From positions 1-37,217 of the IMG/VR virus record IMGVR_UViG_3300017754_003015: a stretch of DNA of 37,217 bases; one strand, 5' to 3'. The stretch comes from a virus. Its lineage: Duplodnaviria; Caudoviricetes. Below the pieces are notes generated by a model. The model was not told the origin of the DNA. It did not search any database and saw only the letters and a program-made list of their open reading frames with translations. Shown piece after piece: positions 1 through 6,746 of the stretch. The translations under genes were made by a program, and so were the position numbers. Every line of letters begins with the position of its first letter. The first letter of the stretch is position 1.

Positions 1-123
1 ATATGTATAGTGATACTACAACAACGATAAATCTCTTACTTGCCGGTAGAGTTAAGTTTTTGTTGATGCCCACGGTTAGTCGCCGTGGGTTTTCTCGTTT
101 ATTCCTCTGTTATCTTTTTTTCA
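1..123. repeat. Terminal direct repeat (left copy), probable circular-assembly overlap
   Basis: Bases 1-123 are identical to 37095-37217. Confidence 0.95.
17..100 (+). ncRNA. Putative small antisense RNA, copy A (also at 37111-37194)
   Basis: -35 TTGATT (37076-37081), 18 bp, -10 TATAGT (6-11 = 37100-37105); CAACAA...TTGTTG stem with apical loop TTGCCG; GCCCACGG/CCGTGGGT hairpin (68-90) followed by a T-rich tail. Confidence 0.6.
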
Positions 124-134
124 ACCCAAATCTG

Positions 135-164
135 TTGATTATATATATACAAAATATGTATAGT
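135..164 (+). promoter_or_regulatory. Sigma70-type promoter of cassette B
   Basis: TTGATT (135-140), 18 bp, TATAGT (159-164); identical to the promoter of copy A. Confidence 0.6.
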
Positions 165-169
165 GATTA

Positions 170-253
170 TACAACAACGATAAATCTCAACTTGGCAGTC
201 GGAGTTAAATTTTTGTTGTGACCCACGGATAACAACCGTGGGTTTTCTCGTTT
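170..253 (+). ncRNA. Putative small antisense RNA, copy B
   Basis: Diverged repeat of copy A at 153-nt period; ACAACAA...TTGTTGT stem, apical loop TTGGCA (192-197), ACCCACGG/CCGTGGGT hairpin (221-243) plus T tail. Confidence 0.6.
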
Positions 254-569
254 AGTCCTTTCTTTTAATCTTAAGAACTTGGGTTACTAAACCCGATACT
301 TCATCTATTTTGGTAAAATATATATACACCAATCCTAATGATATTAGTTCCTCCAACGCGTGGGTAATTTCATATGTTTCTATGCAAGGCATGTCTTTAC
401 ATATTTCCTCAATACAAGTTCCAGCATCTAGATTATGTTCAATCAACATATGATTATCCCAATCTTCAAGATACTTTTTAACTATAGCGCAAGTTATTCC
501 ATATTTTTCTGCATCTTGAATATTGAATGGTATAATATCCATATCTCTAAAATTTATAACTCTAACCAT
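252..569 (-). CDS. Winged-helix protein resembling the N-terminus of phage replication initiators
   Basis: PFNIQDAEKYGITCAIV and EICKDMPCIETYEITHALEELISLGLV patterns recognised by eye. Confidence 0.45.
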   Translation of the reverse strand: MVRVINFRDMDIIPFNIQDAEKYGITCAIVKKYLEDWDNHMLIEHNLDAGTCIEEICKDMPCIETYEITHALEELISLGLVYIYFTKIDEVSGLVTQVLKIKRKD

Positions 570-571
570 AA

Positions 572-1033
572 TTATTTCTTCTTAAACCCATCGGCTTTAG
601 TCCACTTAAGCACTTTACTTTGAGTGTTTTGTTTATAATCATTTGCACAGTTATGCTTCATTTCGTATTTTTTTGGAAGCTGTTTCTTAAATTCTTGTCT
701 CTTTTCTAAGAAAACAATAGGTTTTAGTGTATCTTTTATCCTGTTTTCAATAAAAGCTGGTGCTTTTTCACGGATAGAGTTAACAAGAGCTTTTTGTTTC
801 TCTTTATCTTCAAAGGATATTAGGGGATACTGCACATAGTTACCCTTGTCATCTGTACCCGTTTTGAAGGGTATGTTAAAAAACCACCTGTCTTTTGTAC
901 GTTTTACATGTACTCCTAACAAATCAATACCTATATCAATAAGTCGTAGTCTTATTGTGCCTGTGTATTGATAAGCGTCTCTGTATAAGGGGTAAAAATC
1001 TATGATCTCTATGTTCATTAATTTTCCTCCCAA
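572..1033 (-). CDS. SpoVG-like nucleic-acid-binding protein
   Basis: Beta-rich N-terminus with GIDLLGVHVKRTKDRWFFNIP...YPLISFEDKE followed by a helix. Confidence 0.5.
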   Translation of the reverse strand: MGGKLMNIEIIDFYPLYRDAYQYTGTIRLRLIDIGIDLLGVHVKRTKDRWFFNIPFKTGTDDKGNYVQYPLISFEDKEKQKALVNSIREKAPAFIENRIKDTLKPIVFLEKRQEFKKQLPKKYEMKHNCANDYKQNTQSKVLKWTKADGFKKK

Positions 1034-1296
1034 TAAAAAGAAGGCATAAACATAGAGAATATTTCTTCTCCCATTTCTTTGCTTTCGTGCATAGCTTCAC
1101 TAATTGATTTATTCATAGAATTTTGAAGATCAAAAGATGTTTTTCCCTCACCATGAATAAGCTTTTGTGTAGTAGGCGTTTTTATAAATCCTATCCATTG
1201 CTTCTTTATATCATCCCAAACTGTTGGGATACGCAAATAGACGTCGTCCTTCCCATCTAAATGTATACACATTTCCATGTAACTTTTTTCGTTCAT
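1018..1296 (-). CDS. Hypothetical protein, possibly HicB-like fold
   Basis: WIGFIK...IHGEGKTSFDLQNSMNKSI loosely resembles the HicB G-x-T-x-E helix motif. Confidence 0.35.
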   Translation of the reverse strand: MNEKSYMEMCIHLDGKDDVYLRIPTVWDDIKKQWIGFIKTPTTQKLIHGEGKTSFDLQNSMNKSISEAMHESKEMGEEIFSMFMPSFYWEEN

Positions 1297-1304
1297 TTTT
1301 GCCT

Positions 1305-1407
1305 TTTACAAAAAATCTATCTTTGTGATATGATAAAGAAAATCATATACGTCCTATACGTCTTATTTAAATCTCTTTTGGGACACTTTCTATGGGTGTC
1401 TTTTTTT
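1305..1407 (+). ncRNA. Putative antisense sRNA cassette (promoter, ~65-nt RNA, terminator)
   Basis: TTTACA (1305-1310), 18 bp, TGa-TATGAT (1329-1334); two TATACGTC repeats; GGGACACTT/GGGTGTCTT hairpin with G-U pairs valid only on +, followed by a T run. Confidence 0.45.
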
Positions 1408-1666
1408 AATGCATTAATTTTACAATAATCTCATCTTCTGTCTCTGTGTAGTCTACAACGCTTCTATGTTTTAAATTTCTCAGAGCTGTTCTAAAATTGT
1501 TTTTATTGTATAATTCATGCACTTGTTTCCACGTCATTTTAACGCAGTTGTTAGCATCCTGTTTTTTCCACAAAAATAAATAAATATGACATGTCTTATC
1601 AATGACCTGTCTCAGTCTATTTATAGGTGGAAAATCTAGGTACGTATCGTCGAAACTCTTATCCAT
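1406..1666 (-). CDS. Small winged-helix DNA-binding protein
   Basis: 86 aa; IYLFLW...MTWKQVHELYNKNNFRTALRNLKHRSVVDY helix-turn-helix-wing pattern. Confidence 0.5.
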   Translation of the reverse strand: MDKSFDDTYLDFPPINRLRQVIDKTCHIYLFLWKKQDANNCVKMTWKQVHELYNKNNFRTALRNLKHRSVVDYTETEDEIIVKLMH

Positions 1667-1696
1667 TTTGTTAATATAAATTTATTCACACAAAAA

Positions 1697-1759
1697 TTTC
1701 AACCATATTTATTTAAATAATCAGTTACATGCTAGAGTCAAAAATAAATATGGTTGAAA
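1697..1759. repeat. Perfect 18-bp inverted repeat with 27-nt spacer
   Basis: TTTCAACCATATTTATTT (1697-1714) and AAATAAATATGGTTGAAA (1742-1759). Confidence 0.85.
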
Positions 1760-1943
1760 CCATGGGCAAAATTTTGGGTGATGTGGTTAAAATATTACGT
1801 TTTTTATTATTAATGTGCCTGATAGAGTTTTTGTACATAACGCTAATCATAGGATATTTTTCATTATGTCTATAACCTACCTAAACCTACCGCCAAATCA
1901 ACCAAAAATGTTATTAGCTTTTTTCTTGTTAATTCTTATAATT

Positions 1944-2132
1944 TTACTTATGATGCTCATCTAAAAGTTTAACCTCACCATTTGTCAATTTTTCGACATT
2001 TTTACACAGTTTTTTACCTGGTTTTATTTTATTATTTAATAATGCGGAAGCATAACCCCTACTAATATCCATCATTTCTGCAAAATCATTTACTTTCAAA
2101 TTTTGTGTTGCTAAATAAACTCGTAAGTTCAT
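1944..2132 (-). CDS. Cro-like HTH transcriptional regulator
   Basis: 62 aa; VNDFAEMMDISRGYASALLNNKIKPG...LTNGEV; GGAG RBS; first gene of the leftward early unit. Confidence 0.8.
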   Translation of the reverse strand: MNLRVYLATQNLKVNDFAEMMDISRGYASALLNNKIKPGKKLCKNVEKLTNGEVKLLDEHHK

Positions 2133-2152
2133 ATTACTCCTTTTTTTTACAA

Positions 2153-2182
2153 ATACTACTCTAAAAAAATGGTTTTTGTCAA
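2153..2182 (-). promoter_or_regulatory. Leftward early promoter
   Basis: Minus strand TTGACA, 18 bp, TAGTAT upstream of the cro-like gene. Confidence 0.6.
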
Positions 2183-2225
2183 CATTTTAATCCCGTCATT
2201 TTTTTAATAAATGTCACAAAATGTA

Positions 2226-2261
2226 TTGATGTAAATTATTACGTGTGTCATAATTTAGACA
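2226..2261 (+). promoter_or_regulatory. Rightward early promoter carrying the shared ACRTRTGTYATAATT motif
   Basis: TTGATG (2226-2231), 17 bp, CATAAT (2249-2254); motif also seen at 9089 and 24368. Confidence 0.65.
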
Positions 2262-2277
2262 AGAAGGTGAGGTTGTT

Positions 2278-2418
2278 ATGGAAGCATTAGATTACGAATA
2301 CGAAATATATTTAGATGAAATTGATGAAGGTGATGAGGATTATATGGAAGCAAAAGGTTGCCAAGGATGCAATGGTTGCTTTGATTGTTTGATGATGAGT
2401 TGGAAAGATTTTATTTGA
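2278..2418 (+). CDS. 46-aa acidic protein with CxxCxxCxxC motif (not in ORF track)
   Basis: MEALDYEYEIYLDEIDEGDEDYMEAKGCQGCNGCFDCLMMSWKDFI; strong AGGTGAGG RBS directly after the promoter. Confidence 0.75.
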   Translation: MEALDYEYEIYLDEIDEGDEDYMEAKGCQGCNGCFDCLMMSWKDFI

Positions 2419-2452
2419 AATAAGTAAAAAATAAATTACAGTGGAGATTTAA

Positions 2453-2653
2453 ATGTTAGAGACAGAAAAAAGTTGGAAATATGCTACAGATTACGTGGAA
2501 AAGTCAAAAAATAAATACAAGTCTATGCAATCAAACTACAGAGAGCAAATGGTGTTATCTGAATTGCAATTTGCATTAGAAATTATATGTATAAATATGA
2601 GTGTAAGACACCCTGAAGCATTTGAAGAAATTAAAAAAGTATTACAAAAATAA
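2453..2653 (+). CDS. Hypothetical protein
   Basis: 66-aa ORF with GGAG RBS in the early rightward unit. Confidence 0.65.
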   Translation: MLETEKSWKYATDYVEKSKNKYKSMQSNYREQMVLSELQFALEIICINMSVRHPEAFEEIKKVLQK

Positions 2654-2697
2654 CGCTCATAGAGCAAAAAAACAAACAAAAAAATAAAGGAAAACAC

Positions 2698-3276
2698 ATG
2701 AACTTTTTACCAGAAAACTACGAAACACCAAAAGCAAACAATTACTATTTAAAATTACAAGATGGAGAAAACAGGATACGTATTTTATCTCAACCTATTA
2801 TCGGCTGGGAAGACTGGATGGAAAAAAAACCTATAAGGTTTCGCATGAATGAAAAACCATTAAGACCGTTGGATCCAAAGAAACCAATAAGGCATTTTTG
2901 GTCATTTATTGCATACAATTACGCAGAAGATCAAATACAAATTATGCACGTTACACAAGCTAGCATTAGAAAAAGCTTGGAGAATCTTGTAAAAGATGCG
3001 GATTGGGGAGCTCCATACTTTTATGACATCAAAATCATTAGATCCGGTGAAGGCATGGAAACAGAATACACAGTTAATCCAGTACCACATAAACCAATTG
3101 ATCCTGCAATTGTAGAGATGTTTAAAGAAAGACCATGCAATTTAGAAGCATTATTTACAAATGACGACCCATTTTCCCATGAATGGTCTACTTTTAGCTC
3201 ACTAGGTTTTCCATTAGACATCGAAGAAGTTAAAAAAGAAATATCTATGCAACAAATGCAACTAGCGGTGGTTTAA
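2698..3276 (+). CDS. Phage single-stranded DNA-binding protein (gp32-like OB fold)
   Basis: YLKLQDGENRIRILS...DWGAP..YDIKIIRSGEGMETEYTVNP motifs; coupled to the exonuclease gene. Confidence 0.65.
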   Translation: MNFLPENYETPKANNYYLKLQDGENRIRILSQPIIGWEDWMEKKPIRFRMNEKPLRPLDPKKPIRHFWSFIAYNYAEDQIQIMHVTQASIRKSLENLVKDADWGAPYFYDIKIIRSGEGMETEYTVNPVPHKPIDPAIVEMFKERPCNLEALFTNDDPFSHEWSTFSSLGFPLDIEEVKKEISMQQMQLAVV

Positions 3277-4127
3277 TGTATTTATTACAAGAAGATCCTA
3301 GATCAGTACAAGGGACGCCCGAATGGAGGGCGTTCCGCAAGTTACACATTACAGCAACAGACAGTGGAGTTATAGTTGGAGCCTCACCATGGAAGACACC
3401 AAAACAGTTATATGACGAAAAAGTGTGCAATGTTGACTTCCCATCTGATACTAACTGGCGTATGCAACGAGGAATTGATTTAGAGCCCATTGCTCGCGCT
3501 TATTATGAAAAGAAAGTAAATACACAGTTTACCCCTAAAATAGCTGTAAAAGAGTGGGCTATGGCTTCCTTGGACGGGGTTAGTGATAGTGGTGAAATTG
3601 TAGAGATAAAGTGTCCGGGTAATTTGGCACATAATTTGGCATTATCCGGCCAAGTACCAGATTATTATTACCCTCAATTGCAACACCAAATGTATGTTTG
3701 TGATGTTGATAAGGTAGATTATTTTAGTTTTGATGGTAACGATGGAGTTATCGTTCAGGTTGTCAGAAATGATGAATATATCAAAAATATGATAGAAAAG
3801 GAGTTACAATTTTACATGTGTTTACAAAATAAGACGCCACCATTTGAAGAAGAAAAATATGTAGATAGACAAGATCCTATATGGCAAGCATTAGCTAACA
3901 AGTGGAAGAATATAAAAAGAAAAAAGAAAGAAATTGAAGATGAGGAAGAAGCTATTAGACAAGAGTTACTCAAAGAAAGTGGTGAGTTAAACACAAAGGG
4001 ATTTGGTTTATCTTTCGCAAACGTTGTAAGAAGAGGCAACGTCGACTACTCCCAAATCCCGGAACTAATGGGAGTAAATCTGGAACAATACAGGAAGCCT
4101 CAAAGCAGCTCTTGGCGTATATCGTAA
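3276..4127 (+). CDS. YqaJ / lambda-exonuclease family recombination nuclease
   Basis: QGTPEWRAFR..ITAT, G..LEP.AR, ASLDG, EIKCP, YYPQLQHQM motifs. Confidence 0.92.
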   Translation: MYLLQEDPRSVQGTPEWRAFRKLHITATDSGVIVGASPWKTPKQLYDEKVCNVDFPSDTNWRMQRGIDLEPIARAYYEKKVNTQFTPKIAVKEWAMASLDGVSDSGEIVEIKCPGNLAHNLALSGQVPDYYYPQLQHQMYVCDVDKVDYFSFDGNDGVIVQVVRNDEYIKNMIEKELQFYMCLQNKTPPFEEEKYVDRQDPIWQALANKWKNIKRKKKEIEDEEEAIRQELLKESGELNTKGFGLSFANVVRRGNVDYSQIPELMGVNLEQYRKPQSSSWRIS

Positions 4128-4153
4128 AAAATGGGAGTCTTTACAGGCTCCCA
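4126..4153. terminator. Intrinsic terminator between convergent units
   Basis: TGGGAGTCT-TTAC-AGGCTCCCA hairpin (4132-4153) preceded by an A run (U tract on minus strand). Confidence 0.7.
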
Positions 4154-4179
4154 CGAAAAAATATTTGTCTTAATATACA

Positions 4180-4365
4180 TTAATATTCGTGGGCTTTTTT
4201 GGATAGTTTTTTTATGACAGAAGCTCCTTTTTTTGCTTCTTTCATTTCTATTTTTTCGTGTTTTTTCTTAGATGGTGACTTTGTTTCTTTGGCTTCTTTT
4301 GCATAGTGTTTAGCGTCAGCTTCTAATTTTTTAGCAGCGCTAGACATAATTTTTTTGTGAGACAT
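4180..4365 (-). CDS. Small Lys/Ala-rich basic protein
   Basis: 61 aa, very Lys-rich; AAGGA RBS. Confidence 0.7.
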   Translation of the reverse strand: MSHKKIMSSAAKKLEADAKHYAKEAKETKSPSKKKHEKIEMKEAKKGASVIKKLSKKAHEY

Positions 4366-4379
4366 TTGTTTCCTTAATT

Positions 4380-4412
4380 AAAAAACCCTCAGAATGGAGA
4401 CAAACTGAGGGT
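4380..4412 (-). terminator. Intrinsic terminator after the tail gene cluster
   Basis: ACCCTCAG/CTGAGGGT stem with a U tract on the minus strand. Confidence 0.65.
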
Positions 4413-4505
4413 GAACGTTCAACACCGCAATAAATGCTGTGGGATGTCTATATATTAAATATTTTATTTATATTTGCAATATATTTTTTAACTTTGTTGG
4501 AGGTT

Positions 4506-5582
4506 TTAAAAAAATTCTATTACAACAATTTTACCATCTCCACCTGTTCCACCAGCTCCAGAATCTCCCACAGCTGATATTCCGCCACCGCCACCGCCAC
4601 CGCCACCGCTAGGAATACCACCATTTCCTCCTGTTCCAGCGCTTGCGGCTGCTTTAACACCGCCACCGCCACCGCCACTACCTCCAGAAATAAAATAGCC
4701 TCCTGCTGCGGCTCCACTGGGTGCATTTGCCCCATTTCCACCATTAATAGTGCCTGTTTCTATACCGCCTAACGCCGCTGTATATTGAGCAACTCCTGAT
4801 CCGTTAACAAACACACCTCCATTACCGGCCTGTTGAGCTGTGACCGCGTTAGCCCCAGATCCTCCAGCGCCTCCAATTGCTATAATTGATAGTGTATCGG
4901 CGACATTGTTCGAGGTAGATTGACCGCCATTTGTTGATGATGTTGCACTTGCTGAAGATATAAATAATCGCCATCCACCACCTGAACCTGCCGCTCCTGA
5001 CGTTGTTGTACCTCCTCCACCGCCTACGCCTCCAGCCGCCGATGCATTAGCAAATGTAGTAGGATTTCCAGCAACTCCAGGATTTCCATTATTTGCATCT
5101 GTTGTTTGTGCAGCTCCTCCAGCTCCTCCTGTTCCGATTGAATATGAGTGTGTATTATCGAAAAATGAGTCTGGCCCTTCTAATAAAAATCCACCACCAC
5201 CGCCGCCACCGCCGCCACCGGCTGATAATGCCGAAGTGCCCTTTCTTCCAGAACCACCTCCACCACCTCCACCCCATCCAAAAACTTTTATATATTTTGT
5301 GCGTGCGTTTTTAGTCCATGTCCCAGATCCAGTTGTATACGTCGTTATTAATGTAGATGCTGCCTCAGCTTGAAATGTGGGGTCACTTGATGCCCCATTA
5401 GATGTTAAAACATAACCACTAGTTCCAGGAGTAGCCACTGTAAATGCACTGTTTCCTTCAGCTATTACAATACCATGAGCCGTTAGCCCACTATTTGTTC
5501 CTATAGAGGCAAAAGTAGGGCTTCTGCCGTTTCCAGCTCCTATGAGCGTTTTACCTGCTGTTGCTGTTCCAACATTAGCCAT
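4506..5582 (-). CDS. Glycine-rich tail fibre/appendage protein
   Basis: N-terminal GTSGYVLTSNGASSDPTFQ fibre motif; TYTTGSGTWTK...GGGGGGG...GGDGKIVVIEFF glycine-rich domain. Confidence 0.8.
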   Translation of the reverse strand: MANVGTATAGKTLIGAGNGRSPTFASIGTNSGLTAHGIVIAEGNSAFTVATPGTSGYVLTSNGASSDPTFQAEAASTLITTYTTGSGTWTKNARTKYIKVFGWGGGGGGGSGRKGTSALSAGGGGGGGGGGFLLEGPDSFFDNTHSYSIGTGGAGGAAQTTDANNGNPGVAGNPTTFANASAAGGVGGGGGTTTSGAAGSGGGWRLFISSASATSSTNGGQSTSNNVADTLSIIAIGGAGGSGANAVTAQQAGNGGVFVNGSGVAQYTAALGGIETGTINGGNGANAPSGAAAGGYFISGGSGGGGGGVKAAASAGTGGNGGIPSGGGGGGGGGISAVGDSGAGGTGGDGKIVVIEFF

Positions 5583-5588
5583 ATTACC

Positions 5589-6065
5589 TCAAAATGTTTC
5601 ATAATTTGTACCGTGGAATAACATTTCCAAAGATTCGTAATTGTCTGAAAATGTATATGATGTTAATCCGTCAATTGTAGCAATTCCGCTTACTGTTGTA
5701 ATTGTAATATCGTTAATAAAGGCTTGTCCCAGCCTGTCTTTAATGATAAATTGCCTGTTAGATGTTGGAGAATCAGGGAGCTGGATTATAACAGGGCCAC
5801 CACTAGAATCTACAGAAATGAAGTAATCTGTAGGGGTTACAACATAAGTACCAGTGGTAACATTTGTATAAGCTGGAGCTATTTCTGTTAGATTTATAAC
5901 TAGGTTGTTACTTCCGTTGGGATTAGCTACAACTTGTATCCCATTTCCACCGTTAATATTAACAATATTAGCTGCTGGAATGACCGTACCGCTATCAGTA
6001 ACAAAGCTAGTTGGCACTGATGGTGGGAGGCTACCAGCTGATACACCTACATAAAATTGACTCAT
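5589..6065 (-). CDS. Virion tail-associated protein
   Basis: YVVTPTDYFISVDSSGGPVIIQLP...IIKD...NDITI...TIDG beta-domain typical of phage tail proteins. Confidence 0.7.
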   Translation of the reverse strand: MSQFYVGVSAGSLPPSVPTSFVTDSGTVIPAANIVNINGGNGIQVVANPNGSNNLVINLTEIAPAYTNVTTGTYVVTPTDYFISVDSSGGPVIIQLPDSPTSNRQFIIKDRLGQAFINDITITTVSGIATIDGLTSYTFSDNYESLEMLFHGTNYETF

Positions 6066-6077
6066 TTTTTATCCTTT

Positions 6078-6422
6078 TTAACGGTAGCCGATCATCTGCA
6101 AAAATGTTGGATTAGATGCGGTTTTACCCCATATAATCTGATATTTTCTTAGGTTAAGTGTACCTGTTCCCGATGTTTGTTCTGATCCATGATTAGTTTG
6201 AAAATCTACAATAAGAGTTCCAAGAGGAGGAATAAAATCATGAGGAGAAACGCCATCTAAACTAATATCTATAGAAACAGTTGTACTTGGATTCCAAATC
6301 TTCAATATTTTTACAGAATCATCGAAACCAGCACCATTTAAAGGCTGATAGCTTCCAGTAAGAGAAGCTGGGTCAAACTCGGCCTTCGTCACACAGTGAA
6401 CATACATTACGTCTTCAGCCAT
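6078..6422 (-). CDS. Putative virion protein
   Basis: 114-aa beta-rich ORF in the tail cluster. Confidence 0.55.
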   Translation of the reverse strand: MAEDVMYVHCVTKAEFDPASLTGSYQPLNGAGFDDSVKILKIWNPSTTVSIDISLDGVSPHDFIPPLGTLIVDFQTNHGSEQTSGTGTLNLRKYQIIWGKTASNPTFLQMIGYR

Positions 6423-6519
6423 CTAGCAGCCTTTTGTTTTCATTTTTTTAATTTTAGACATTAGAGACTTGTCTTCTTTTATAGATTTCTCACTTTCTTT
6501 TATGTCTTTTTTTAGATGC

Positions 6520-6726
6520 TTAGACACTTGGGGTTTCTTTTTCATTGGGAGCCTCTTCTTTTTGTTGTTCTTCTGCTTGCTTAGCTTGCTCTTCTAACTC
6601 TGTAGCAAATTTAATAACCTCTGCTCCAAAATCTTTTAAGTTACCGGTATTAATTTGCATATCGCACAATACGTGGAAGATTTTATCTCCCACGTTGAAT
6701 GATTTAAGTAAAAGTTGATTAAACAT
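6520..6726 (-). CDS. Small protein with acidic helical tail downstream of the fibre gene (possible chaperone)
   Basis: 68 aa; AAGGAG RBS; assignment from position only. Confidence 0.55.
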   Translation of the reverse strand: MFNQLLLKSFNVGDKIFHVLCDMQINTGNLKDFGAEVIKFATELEEQAKQAEEQQKEEAPNEKETPSV

Positions 6727-6746
6727 GTGTCTCCTTTTTTGAAATC

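Noticed and set aside
3-221. 72-aa ORF with an internal repeat
   Set aside because: It is a translation of the two non-coding cassettes; it starts inside the promoter, lacks an RBS and runs through a terminator.
1-254. CRISPR mini-array
   Set aside because: The units are ~125 nt with their own promoter and terminator, have no repeat-spacer alternation, and no cas genes are present.
1697-1760. CRISPR-repeat-like ends (TTTCAACC / GTTGAAAC)
   Set aside because: These are the arms of a single inverted repeat, not direct repeats.
4582-5275. CCGCCA/CCACCT short tandem repeats
   Set aside because: Explained by poly-glycine codons of 4506..5582.
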